From Octopus vulgaris (lineage: Eukaryota): a DNA stretch of 64,000 bases. Location: the NCBI GenBank assembly GCA_951406725.2, contig OX597815.1, forward strand, positions 95,604,001-95,668,000, in the 5' to 3' direction. Positions 25,491-38,688 of this stretch are shown here, one piece after another; the stretch's first letter is position 1; each line of letters starts with the position of its first letter. The notes below the pieces were generated by a model. It did no database searches and was not told the origin of the DNA. It saw only the letters and a program-made list of their open reading frames with translations. The position numbers and the translations under genes are program-made.

Positions 25491-28400
25491 TTAGTTTAGT
25501 GGGGTGGACTGAAGAAGCATTAATGAGATGAGAATAATTGCACAGACGGGAATATAAAAATTGAGGAATGAACCTTCTATTAGGAAAAGCATTGATTCAC
25601 AAGGTTAAACATTTTTAATTTCAAGATATTAAGGGTATATATATGATATAGAGATCATTGTTACCACAGCAAGAGAAAGTCTCTGTTGATAAATCCAAGA
25701 ACGAACTTGGTGCAAGGAAACATTGATGCATCGTGTAGTATCCAAGCATACACATCTAATTTGGCGGCTTGGTATAGAGGAGCACGAAACATCCAAGAAA
25801 TGTAAATGCGCCGATACTTTTATTATTTAATCTGTAATTTATACTATGCTGGAAATTAAAGAGATAGTTTAATAGATGTAAGAATTGAAGGTTTAATTAG
25901 TGCGGCTATAAAGTAACCCCTAACATTTCATGTTGCCATTAGTGGAATAAATAGCACTACCTGAGAATGCAAACAACCTGAAGAGTGCATATTTTGGAGC
26001 GAAACTGAAAATCAGCTAGTCTTTGCATTTGGCTGGTTGTGATTGTGAGCTGATGATTGTGGTTAGGAAGTGATAAGGTAGAATTATATCTACAAGAGCT
26101 ATACACGTAATCATATTCATAGTCATACAGTTGATAATTGTGTTGGGCAGTCATGTATATCCGAGTCCGTTCTCTTTTAGTGAAACTTTTCTGAGATCTC
26201 TGCCTTCTACAGTAGAGTGAAATATGATGGATGATCAATATGATTAAATACATTAATAAATCTCTCACTTTATGAACACACACACACATATGCATATATT
26301 TAAAAAGACCTTCGTAAAAATGATTATAAATATAAAAAAATTAAATCTTCAAAAATGTAGTTTTTCGCAAAAAGTTTTATGTTAATCGCTTTCCTCTGTT
26401 TTCATATTTCAAAGAAACGTGTTGCACGCAAACTCGTAAATGTACAATTATTTGGTCGATAAGATCGACAAAATCTCTTCATTGCCATCTGAACCATAAA
26501 TACAGTTCGATGATGGCTATCACAACAATGAATTAGGAAAATCAAATGCGCAATGTATATATAGAGAAAGAACACTTACCCTTTTATATAAAATTTCCTC
26601 AAAGATATAAATATTTTATATCAGACAATACCATATCATTATAGAACCAGTGATTTATTTGATATGAGGTTTAGTTACACTGCCTTTGTTTTAAGCATTT
26701 ATTTCGGCATATATATATAATGTTTAGTAAATGTATCTCATTGATGATATTACTAAATGTCTTGAGCATAGACTAAATCATTCTGTGCTTTACAATTTTT
26801 TTACGCATCAGTTGAACAACTTTGTGAGAGGAAAATAATTAAACAAATAAAGCAGCAATGAACACTTATGTTATTGAGCACTGAGTGGTTACTAAGTCTG
26901 TTAAAAATGGCAATAAAATCTCCGCTCAAATCAATTTCTATCGCAATTCACAAAATAATTCTTCTAAATACACTAAAAATAGTTCAAAATAGCACAAATA
27001 TAATATTTTTGAATACTATTATGTCCTCTGCGTTAAACTGGCAAAGTTATGTCAGCTCGAATATTTATAATTTTCATTCATCAATTGTTTAAATTTATCT
27101 TGTTTCAACCTGTGGAGTTAGCTCATATTGAACTGCTGCAACGATTTTCATCTTGCTAATGTATCGTTTATATACTATGAGGGTTGGGCAGTCGTATTGT
27201 TTGCAATTTTTTTCCAGTGAAATACCATTAAATCGAATAAAATTATTAAATCGAATAAACTTCCGTATGAAATAACTGCAGATAAATTACAGAAAGTCGT
27301 TAATCAGCGATGCCTACCGCATTTGAAAAGAGCTATAATATTTTTTCACGTGGTAATTATTTTCTCCACAGTAACAAGGATGTTACTGTTTCATATTAAT
27401 ATAATTCATGTCAATGTTGCTGGGGTCTGTAGTTTCCAATTTTCCCATTCCAGATATTAATACCAATTAATTTGTCTTCAATTCTCCAGGCAAATATATT
27501 TAGGCTTATTAAAATTCAAAACAGTCCTCACAGTCCAAATATGTATTTATTTTAAGTGGAAAAGTGTCAACAGATTTAAAGAATCACTTACCAAATCAAG
27601 TTGTGTATAGCAATGATATTCTGACATCTTCTACTACTACACATGAGGAAATGGAAAAAGACGACGCATATTATCTATAAAATTAAGTTGCTTTTACAAA
27701 CACAAGAACTAATTCTCTTTGCCGGGCACATGATATGCACATTTTATACACATGGTATGCAGAATATTAAGGTAATAACACCCTGCATGTGTGCAGAAAC
27801 TTATGGAAATTTTGTCACTATAATATGCATATAATATACTAAAATACCATATTATCGGTTACCATTGCAGAATAAACATCATCGTAAATCACGAAAGACA
27901 TAACTTAACCAATACTATAGTACCCACAAACATGACGCTGCACTGCATTAGAGAGTAAACCTCTCGAAACGTCAGCTGTTCATCGAGCTATTCAAATCTG
28001 GATATGTGTAAACGGTGAGCAGCTTTACATTTGTGGAAAGGTCTATGAATACTCTAAAGAAAAAAAAATTCATATTGTCCCTTACGAATCACAAGTAGAT
28101 AATAATTTCAAATTTATGAATGTGCTCTTGTCCCAACCTGTGCAAAGGTTAATATAACAATGAAATTTTGGGCGATCGTATATAAGCAACAACGCTAGCT
28201 CCATTTTATAATATCAGAGTCAAACATATCTTTCTGTGTGACGTTGACATGACATTTGTAGCCCTGTTGTGAGACGTCCAACAATTAGACCAAACTCACT
28301 GACACTATTGCATTTATATGATACATAAATCTCAAAGTGAACTGGCGTGCGATTAAACATGACCTATCATTTGTTGGTTGGTCCTTTACTCTCTCTCTCT

Positions 28401-28599
28401 CTCTTCTCTCTAATGACAATCTCCGTTTCTCAGAAAATATGTTACTAACAAACACAAAAATTCCATTCAGCTGACATACTACTGGCAGCAATACTCTGTC
28501 CTACGGCCAATAACTACGCTAGAGTCGGAAAACACTATGTATTTCATTTTAAAAGCCGAGTAACGGAGAAGACTAGGCTGTTGTAATATTCAGACATAT

Positions 28600-29900
28600 T
28601 TCTATCCCTGTACAAAAGTGCATAGAGTGCATTTTCATTCATTGGACCACTGATTGATGGACACAATATTCTTCAGAGCAATACCAATGTTATACCCTAA
28701 TATATTCAGGCAGTTCCGGTCTACCTTCAATAATAATGATATGGTTGATTTAAGTAGTATTCTTGAAGTAAACGTTGACCTATCCACTAGATAAAATTTT
28801 CAGCGCACTCCAGTTATCATTGTGGTATAATATTAAACAATAGTATGCACTGATAGATTCCTCGCTAATATTGTGAAGGTGTGCACATACCAACATGCGT
28901 CCTTTTCTTTGTAATCTGGGGAGTAAAATGGTTTCAGGTTTTATTGCAAAACATTGTATATTCCTTACTCACTGAATTACCATCTGGGCACACTAAGCTC
29001 GCATATTATTTAATTCTTAAAGAGATCACAAATAACTACGTTCGTTAAGAAAATGCCACTACAGTTTATCAACAAGTATGGTTCCCATGGTGTTGCAGAC
29101 TATCTGGGAAAGCTTTTGTGACATTTAATAACTCTGGGCGAATGCCGCAAAGCAGAGCGTATCTATACTGAATTCAGTAAAACTTTCGACCGAAAAAAGC
29201 CATAATTCTGGAATAAATCATTGTATTTGCCTGGTGTCTGTCGAAATCTACTGTAAGCAACTGAATGTTTCCTGACAAATAATCCCCACAGTAATCGATA
29301 GAATTTAATCAAGACAACCAAAACACATTAGTGGTGTTCAGCGGATGTTTCGTTGGGCTTCTGTTTATCATGTTTATCATGTATATAAATACATTGCAAA
29401 TTCTACGAAATGTAATAAACTAATGTGTTTGCAGATATTGCTATATCCCAGAAATTCACCAAGCCGATTTATAATCAGCGCTACAATGAAGGGAAAATAT
29501 CCATATGCTATAAAGTAGGTAAACATCGCACACGTCCTGTTTGAATAAAATTATAGTTAAATGTTTTTTCATTCGTAGCATCAAAAAATCTTTGAGACTT
29601 CGGAGTAACTGTGGTTAACAACCAAAGCTGCTGTGCACATGTCTACAGTACAGTCGACAGGTTCCACGGGATGTTCTGATAGTTTCTTAGAATATTCCGC
29701 CTCAGAACTTTTGTTACTATTACCCATTTCTTCCTTAGCGTGCCAGCCGTCATCTTGAAAATTGCAACCCACTGAGGTCTTCTTATGAAAAATAAAATCT
29801 TTTGGGAAATGAAGATCTAAAAAGACTCAGTATAAACGAAAAATTTATAAATTCATGACCGGCCTTGGTTATTGGGATCGCTTCTTATACAAATATAGTT
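28600..29900 (+). mobile_element. Highly decayed CR1-like LINE RT remnant
   Basis: RIYTEFSKTFDRK near 29158-29195 matches IYLDFSKAFD. A later FLEY motif follows. Many frameshifts. Confidence 0.45.
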
Positions 29901-32026
29901 AGTAAGAAATATTTTCTCTCAAGACTATTTCCACTGCGAGAGGCATTCCTCTGACTGGATACACTCGAACATGGAAAATATGTTTGCACACAACGCTGCT
30001 TCGTGCGCCTCCAAATATTTATGTGTGTGTATGCGTTAGTGTGTGCTTGTCTTTATAAAAAATTCATTGTGTTCTTATTGTTCCACAAGACAATAACGTG
30101 TATTAAGATAATAGAAATAAATATAATTATAGTTTTCTTTATGCCATCCGGTTACGTGTTATGTAACTATATATATCTTTTAAGTTCATGTTTCATTCGT
30201 ATTTCATTTTTATCTCGGGTATATCTACATTGGTCTTCTCTTTTCCTATCAGTATTTTTCTATATTTTTTCGTCGTAACTTTCGCACTTTCCTCCTGCAC
30301 TTTTCTCTCGCTGATCATGTTTTCTATTACAAAGAAGCACTTATACACACACTTGCGCGCGCACGCATACACACACGCATACACAAGCACATACACTCAC
30401 ACACACACACACACTATTTATGAATATATTATTTGTATCTGATAATTACTATTTGTATTTTCAATGCATTTCCTTGAATCTCAGTTGTAATTAAACTTGC
30501 ATATGTTACGTAAACGTAGATATTTCATTGTCTCCAATTCGATAGCATATGATATATAATGCTGTACTGAAATCAGAACAGAGGTAACTAAATGTCATAG
30601 AACTGTAATGCTAACGTCGCAATTAAGGAATGTGAGTATCCCTGTTACACATCTTAAAATGAATAAAATTTCCTTTTCGCATCCATACACAGGCAGATAG
30701 AATTATGAATATTGACAATATTTTGTCAGATGCAGGAGAGTTTAATCATAAATAAATTAAATACGTAGACATTATCTTCGTATTTCAGAAGGTTTTGTGG
30801 ATATATGTATGCATACACAAATACCTATGTATAAATGTACACAGTAACGTACAAACCCACATACATGTTCATTATAGCTGGCACCTCAAATCTTCTTATT
30901 CGAATTTTCTATTCCCGAGTTTCAAACCGATACGTGAAAGTTGAATTCTTAGACGTGAGTTGTCAGCTGCGACAACCACAAAGTGTATATAATGGTTGAT
31001 TCGGAGTGTGGTTGCACGTCCGAATTTCTAGAAAGTATGAGAAGATAACTTTCAGGATTTCTTTAATTCTCTGTATTTTGAGTTCAAATCACTACCGCAG
31101 TCGTACTATGGAGACAGGTGTAATCAGCTCTTCCCCCATGTATTGGTATATTTGGCCTTGTACTAGTATTAAAAATCGAGGTATGTATTTTACAGATTAC
31201 GGAGAAGAGACAATGTATATATTTTTTTCTTAACAATTGCTACATATTTTATTTGATAATATAAGTCCTCTGTATGTATGGAAATGTGATATTCCTCGTG
31301 TAATTCTTTTCTTTTAATATAATGTTAAGGTCATGTAAAGATTTCTTACATTTGTTTTCTTCATATAATACTTTCTGACATAACAAACGAAAATAATGAG
31401 ATCTTAATGCTGGTTCCAAAGTAAAATATACGGTGAAAAAGAAAAACCATATAGCTGCTGTTTATTACATTTAAATGTCATCGTTGAAGAAATAAAGATA
31501 ATGCTAAAGTTCTCTTCGTGGTGCATCATTATTATTCAGAACAGCAATCTTTCTGGATTTTAGTTGATTTTTTCATCATTCAATAGCGTGTTACAGTTAC
31601 AGAGTGTAATTTTCTCCCAATAATCATCATCATTACCATATTTAATTACGGAATATATAAGCATATCTATTGTCATAGATTTATAGCGCTTAAACTATTG
31701 TTTGGAACATGAGTATCGAATAATTCTAACAAAAAGATTTATTAAAGACATAAACATTATATAATGGATGAAATATACTATTAGGATAAGTTCGTATTTA
31801 TTTTGTTTCTTGACGATCCTCATTCTCCGCTTATCTACATGCGCCATGTTGTATTTTTATTGTCTCTATCGCATGACCGAAATTAGGCTGCCATGAATAC
31901 ATACATATACGTACACACACTCACATACAAAAATGTATACACACACGTATATGTATGCTTTTATATATACATATACACACATATCTGCATATATAATACA
32001 CATACACAAACACATACATGTATATG

Positions 32027-32065
<39 letters not shown>

Positions 32066-32069
<4 letters not shown>

Positions 32070-32400
32070 CTGAGGCAACGCTGAAGGGTTTTGGTCGAAA
32101 AAAAATCAATGTCAGTAGTGACATATTTTCCTTTTATTTAAATGTCACAGTCCATCTCTTTGCTAAACCACTAAGTTACGGAGACATAAACAACCCAAAA
32201 TCAGTTACCGACCATTGGTGAATTACAGACTCAAGCACAAACACTCTGTTACACAGACACGCAGAAACAGACACACACGCACCCCCACATGTATAGACTT
32301 ATATATACGTAGGGCTTCTTTCATTGTCCGTGTAATGAATCCACTTACAAGTCTAAGGTCAGGATGGGACTGAACTCGAAATATGTAGTTGGCAATCACA
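32066..32400 (-). mobile_element. SINE family A, decayed copy
   Basis: TTTGCTAAACCACTAAGTTACGGAGACATAAACAACC and GGGCTTCTTTCATTGTCCGT...TCCACTTACAAG match the reverse complement of family A. Confidence 0.7.
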
Positions 32401-33835
32401 CATCAACAGTGTAAATATCTGTGATAGGATAAAATACACACAAAGGCTCACATGAACACAAACACACACAAACATACACACACAAACACATACACACGTA
32501 CACGCACAAATACACATATATGGGTGAAAAACACATTAGAATGTTGGCAGACACATCGATGTAAATAAATATTTACGCGTTTCAGATAAAAATGAAACTT
32601 GCATTTTCATGAGAACATTTATGTGTTATATTCAAGGCAACCGCTTTACTGATTACACCATGCGATTTTAACCCACCCCACCGTTTTAACATGATAGAAA
32701 GAGTTTCAATCTATTCAATAACAGAATTACATGAACATTGATGTGTTGAGAAGCTGGAATATTTTCGATGTAAATTAACATAAAATATACTGCCTGGCTC
32801 ACATATGCCCTCATATAAACTGCATATTTATGACGAGAATACGCAACCAGAATGTGCAATGTAACAGGTTATATATTTATACGCTCAAGAAATTAATGGC
32901 TGTGCATGTTCTCTTGTCGAGCATTTATCAACAATTTTCTTACACATACAACAGCCACATACATGCAAACACCCACACAATACTCTAAAATACATTCATT
33001 TGCAATGATGCTGTCGCCCAAATTCTAACCTACCTTTTAGCTCGAATCCGTAAGGCTGTTACTATATTTGTACCGTTTTGTTTTAGTCCCCACCAGGTTT
33101 TTCAAAAGACAAATGGCTTGGAATCACGAGGACTGTTGTCTAGTATGATCAATTCCATTTTTGGTATTGGATTTCGAAGCATATAAATGCAATAATCATG
33201 TAAATATTGGATGGAAGAATTCAACTTGATGGAAAAAATTAAACTTGTTTGTTTTGGTACAATGATGGAATACTTGTTATGTTGATAAGGAAAAGAGAAT
33301 TGAGAAAGGTTCACTGATATCATTCCTATGGTCGACATGCTGTGGGTGTTACCACGAGTAGATCATTATATAGAATTTCGCTTAGATTTCCACTGAAGTC
33401 TCCTATATTTAAGATGAATTTATATTACAGCGCATGAAAGATTTTTGTGTGCGATAGTATGTTATTCGTGATGTAGTCATTTTTTGAAATGCTTGTATTT
33501 TACTGTATATGATCCGTTAGATTTGTATTGTTTGTACTTATGGCAGTGTAGACTAAGATGTCCTTGCTTTTAGTTCGTGTTGGGGAATGTGTTCTGAAGT
33601 GTTGGCATTCATGCGATTTTGCATGCGCCATTTCTTTTGATGGCGGCTGTTGTGATAGTGGAGCTGGTGGTTATAGGGATAATGCTTTAATATTACTAGC
33701 GTAGCTGCTGATGTGTTTGCTGTTGCGGAATCATTACTTAAAGGCACCACTGTCATTTGCTCGCATCACCATATTATTTTGCTAAGATTATTGTTCGATT
33801 TGCGTTTGCCTTTTCTGGTCCTCAAGGGTACATTA

Positions 33836-33936
33836 ACAGTAACAGTAGCAGCAACAACAACATCAACAACGACGACGACGGCGACAACTACCACAACAAC
33901 AGCAACGCCAAGAGTAACAGTAGTAGTAGTTGTTGT
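33836..33936. repeat. Compound trinucleotide microsatellite (CAA/GCA/CGA/GTA/GTT)
   Basis: Direct reading of the sequence. Confidence 0.9.
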
Positions 33937-35337
33937 TTATGCTACTGATTTACGGTCAAGGCCGGAGATGTCAATGCAAGTGGATATGAGATGTCATAAT
34001 AATAATGTAGATGACTAATAAATGAAGTAAGATTAGGAGGAAAAGAATCTTGCTGGAATGTTTTGGATTAAATATAAAAGAACTTAAAACTATTCAAAGA
34101 AAAAAAGAAAATATAATTGAAATGATATTATGCTGGTGCCAGTGGAGGTGTGCGCGTGGTTGGTGTTAACTTAATTTTGATTAAAATTTGTCAAGCAAGG
34201 TGTGGCTGAGAGAACTAGCATTTCAGCAGATACGAATTCATTGACTGGGCGGAAGATATATTTCTATCCTCGATAAATAAAAATCAATTTACCTGTGTAT
34301 GTGTCATAATGCCTATATCTGTGCCATTTATTCTGATTATAAGTCTAGTTAAGTCCGAGATTTTGCTTCGAGTGAACGGTGCTATTATTATAAGTCATCA
34401 TGTCAAATTTTCAAAATGTGGTATTAAATTCAGAAATGTGTCTGAAATAGTAAATAATATTTTTCGTGTCTTATAAAATTAGTTCTTGCACAAGGAATAT
34501 CTCACTTTGTATATTCATACATACATGAATACATAAATTTATGAGTGTATACATCTGTGTATGTGCCTTTGTATATGTGTTTTATGTGTGTGAGTATGCG
34601 TGTGTGGGTGTGTGATGTTTGGTTTAAGGGAAGCATATATAAATCAGTTATTGAACTCACAGAAACTTACTTGCGGCATTAAGAATACTATTCAGTATTC
34701 TACATATCAACTATGCTTAATATACATACATTGTTTTTCTACTTATTGTTTATCTGTATGTATCTATAATTAAAAACGTAATTCTGAAGGCGAATAATTG
34801 GCCAGAAGTGATGTGTGTAACTGTGTATATGTTATGTTTGTACACACACTCACACACACACACACACACATGTATACGCACATGTTAAGTGTGCGTGACT
34901 GTGTATGCATCAATATATCTGTTCTTATCTTTGAAACACTGCATACAGATTGCTAATCATATTCATCAATGCAACAAATATACTCTTGTTCATTTTAAAA
35001 TTGTTGGCAGGCATTTGATTATCTATATCATGTTATTGTGAAATGAAAATTCGATAAAGAATCCATAGAGTCTTTTGAAGAATAGGATACACTATTCACT
35101 AAATTTTGTTTACCTTAGCGCAAATCCTATTCAATATTCAGATGGAATTTGTTTTTAGATATTCTAATGCTGATAGAACCTTTATCCACCAATGTTAGTA
35201 TTTTGTGGCTTTATGTATATAATCTAGCATTTCCTAAAAGAAAACCATATATACATGCGTACAATATATATATACATATACACGCGCACGCACACACTTA
35301 AAATAGGTATGGATGTATATATATATATATATATATA

Positions 35338-35500
35338 TAGTGGGTTGTCCGGAAAGTTCGAGCCGATTTTTAAAGAAAAGAAAAAGGTCAATAAATACTT
35401 GCCATTACATTTTTAGTCAACCAGATATGAACAATTTTGTTGCTTAATGCGTCTCCATCTTTCCTTTAACTTGAAAATACCATCTTCCCAGAATTGAGGG
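35338..35500 (-). mobile_element. mariner 3' end (transposase C-terminus plus TIR)
   Basis: Minus strand PQFWEDGIFKLKERWRRIKQQNCSYLVD*. TIR TAGTGGGTTGTCCGGAAAGTTCG sits next to (TA)n. Confidence 0.8.
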
Positions 35501-35666
35501 TGCGTTACTTGTATAGAGTCCTTTAACTTTACGCGCTTATCCCCTTCTCTTAGACACTTCTTTAGCTAACTGTTGCTTATAAGATCCTTACGTTTTCTTT
35601 TTCTTTTTCTCCCCCCTCTCTGCGTTTTACTTCTAGTCTATATGTATACACCAAGTGATTTGTGCA

Positions 35667-36072
35667 TGCGGGTAAGAGTGGCTGTGTGGTAAGTTGCTTG
35701 TTACCAACCACATGGTTCCGGGTTCAATCCCACTGCGTGGCACCTTGGGCAAGTGTCTTCTACTATAGCCTCGAGCCGACCAAAGCCTTGTGAGCGGATT
35801 TGGTAGACGGAAACTGAAAGAAGCCCGTCGTATATATGTATATGCATATATATATATGTGTGTGTTTGTGTGTCTGTGTTTGTCCCCCCAACATCGCTTG
35901 ACAACCGATGCTGGTGTGTTTACGTCCTCGTAACTTAGCAGTTCGGCAAAAAGACGGATAGAATAAGTACTAGGCCTACAAAGAATAAGTCATTGGATCG
36001 ATTTGCTCGACTAAAATACGGTGATCCAGCATGGTCGCAGTTAAATGACTGAAACAGATAAATAAAAGAGTA
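35667..36072 (+). mobile_element. SINE family A, well-preserved copy
   Basis: A box GTGGCTGTGTGGTAAG, B box GGTTCAATCCC, CORE-like CACCTTGGGCAAGTGTCTT, and tail ATGACTGAAACAGATAAATAAAAGAGTA. Confidence 0.92.
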
Positions 36073-36487
36073 AATATGTATACATACGTATATGTATATT
36101 TGTGTGTATATTTACGTCTTACTTATATATGTCTGGAAATGTATATGGTCTGTGTGTATCCATCTGTGTATTTTGATGTATATATGTATATTGATGGTTT
36201 GGTATGCGTGTATACTATTGTAAAATATTCTGATTTTTAATATATTAATTGTATTAATAGAATTATATTTCATATATAATTATTGACAATATATATTTTG
36301 AATCCGCTCTTCGAATTAAGGTTTTTCCTCGACTTTTTTTTATAATAGGATGAATTTATATTGAATTCATTTGTTTTGTTTATCGCATGCTTAAGACCGT
36401 TATTTGAAAGGACAAATGAAACAAATCCATTTTGAAAGGTGTATCCTTTAACTAGTTTTGATCATATCGTTATTTCTGTTTTATTTT

Positions 36488-36540
36488 AACAAAACTGTCC
36501 GACGAATGGGAACGTGAAACTCTGAGTAACAGCCTTTGTT
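36488..36540 (+). ncRNA. Type I hammerhead fold with U4C substitution
   Basis: AACAAAACTGT (stem I), CCGACGA, ATG-GGAA-CGT (stem II), GAAA, CTC-T-GAG-T (stem III), A (17), ACAGCCTTTGTT (stem I'). Confidence 0.6.
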
Positions 36541-36552
36541 ATATTTCTGCTG

Positions 36553-36599
<47 letters not shown>

Positions 36600-36612
36600 T
36601 ATATATATATAT

Positions 36613-36647
<35 letters not shown>

Positions 36648-36653
36648 CATATA

Positions 36654-36762
36654 CACTAGCGGCCATATTATAAGGGTCAGTAAGAATGTTTTTTTAATCT
36701 GTTATGATAAATATTTCAATATACACTTGTTCTTACTGAACCTTATCTTATGGCCGCTACTG
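36654..36762. mobile_element. 109-bp Tc1-type MITE
   Basis: TIRs CACTAGCGGCCATATTATAAGGGTCAGTAAG / CTTACTGAACCTTATCTTATGGCCGCTACTG, flanked by TA. Confidence 0.85.
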
Positions 36763-36857
36763 TATGTATGTATGTATGTATGTATATATATATGTATGTA
36801 TATATGTATGTATATATATGTATATACATGTATGTATATATATGTATATATATATTA

Positions 36858-37885
36858 TGTCAGGTCACTTTCGAGTGCTACTAGTAACATGTATCCCAGT
36901 ACAACCTGTTGCATGGTCGGGCCGTCGGCGACTAAAGCGGCAACCACACCAAGCTTACTTGGTGAGGAGGGTGTTTATTGATCTCCCTGCGGGATGAAAA
37001 ACAAAACCTGTCAAAGGGCGAAGGAACTCTTGAGAGCCATCGGCCATTCAATAAATGTGTAATTGTATACTTGTGAGGGCGCGTGGCTTAGTGGTTAGGG
37101 CATTCGGCTCATGATCGTAAGGTTGTGAGTTCGATTCCCGGCGACGCGTTGTGTCCTTGAGCAAGACACTTTATTTCACGTTGCTCCAGTCCACTCAGCT
37201 GGCAAAAATGAGTTGTACTTGTATTTCAAAGGGTCAGCCTTGTCACTCTCTGTGTCACGCTGATTATCCCCGAGAACTACGTTAAGGGTACACGTGTCTG
37301 TGGAATGCTCAGCCATTTGCACGTTAATTTCACGAGCAAGCTGTTCCGTTGATCGTATCAGCTGGGACCCTCGTCGTCGTAACCGGCGGAGTCTTTAAAA
37401 AAATTGTATACTTACTGTATATATGCCTTTTTCTCACTAATTTTTACATATTGTATATTTTTATAGCTTGCTCATTATATACATTTTTATATACTTCACA
37501 TCATATATTTTAAGTATATTTTGTATATCAATGTTTTTTTATATATATCGTATGTTCTTTTTTCTCCCCTTATATCAATCTTTTCCAGCTTAAGGTTGTA
37601 TCATGCGCGGGGACATAGAAATAATCGGACTGAATACCCGATCGCGCCTAGCCTTTGTTAGGGTATCCGTCTAGGAGAAGGCAACTCAAGTAACTGGGAT
37701 AACTCTGACATAAAACCTGCGGCTCAGTGGTTACCGATGATATTGCTTTGTTCTTCTTTTCGGTTTATGGCTGTTTTTGCTTAGTGAGTGGAATTGACTC
37801 GGTGCACAGCCTTTTCTCAGTTAAAAAAAATCTTGCACAGGTATTGCACGCTAACAACATTGTTAAGCTTCGTGCTTAACAATCT
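36858..37885 (+). mobile_element. Non-coding RTE-related retroposon (5'UTR-like), interrupted by a SINE
   Basis: TAGGGTATCCGTCTAGGAGAAGGCAACTC...ATAAAACC resembles the motif I recall from RTE-clade 5'UTRs. It has GC-rich structured ends and no ORF. Confidence 0.5.
37073..37401 (+). mobile_element. tRNA-derived SINE (family B), young insertion with 12-bp TSD
   Basis: A box GTGGCTTAGTGGTTAG, B box GAGTTCGATTCC, central GTGTCCTTGAGCAAGACACTT and a short A tail. TSD AATTGTATACTT at 37061-37072 and 37402-37413. Confidence 0.95.
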
Positions 37886-38688
37886 TGTTCAGTAGTGGCC
37901 ATAATATAAGGCTCAGTAACGACAAGTGTATATTGAATTATAACAGATTAACAAAACTTTGAGACTAGATATTTCAGATATATTAAGATACATCTAATAC
38001 TCTTTTACTCTTTTACTTGTTTCATTCATTTTGACTGCGGCCATGCTGGAGCACCGCCTTTAGTCGAGCAAATCGACCCCGGGACTTATTATTTGTAAGC
38101 CTAGTACTTATTCTATCGGTCGCTTTTGCCGAACCGCTAAGTGACGGGGACGTAAACACACCAGCATCGGTTGTCAAGCAATGCTAGGGGGACAAACACA
38201 GACACACAAACACACACAGACACATACACACACATATGTATACATATATACGACAGGCTACTTTCAGTTTCCGTCTACCAAATCCACTCACAAGGCATTG
38301 GTCGATCTGGGGCTATAGCAGAAGACACTTGCCGAAGATGCCACGCAGTGGGACTAAACCCGGAACCATGTGGCTGGTTAGCAAGCTACTTTATTTCAAA
38401 ACATTTGCCATAAAGGCAGTACACAGATTAAGTTAGCTTTGCGGGCTGGACGAGGACATTAATGAGGTGAATGATAATGAAAGAAAGATGATAAGGATGG
38501 GAGAAGACAGAAAGCGCCCGCCGACTTTTGCTTCTCTAAAACATTGTTCTTTTTAAAAAAGATTAACACAAAACGAGGTATTAAACCTCTTACAATTTTT
38601 CCAATTTTGGGCTTAGCAGTCCATTATTAATACAAAACGAGGTATTAATCCTCTTACAATTTTTCAATTTTTGGACTTAAGTCCATTA

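Noticed and set aside
27930-27980. GAGAG-TAAAC-CTCTC-GAAACGTC hammerhead half
   Set aside because: The CUGANGA core and stem I are not recoverable, so it is counted only as a relic.
31056-31180. AG...GT-bounded open stretch (ISLILCILSS...MYWYIWPCTSIKNR) as a host exon
   Set aside because: No recognisable homology or partner exons. It would need RNA-seq support.
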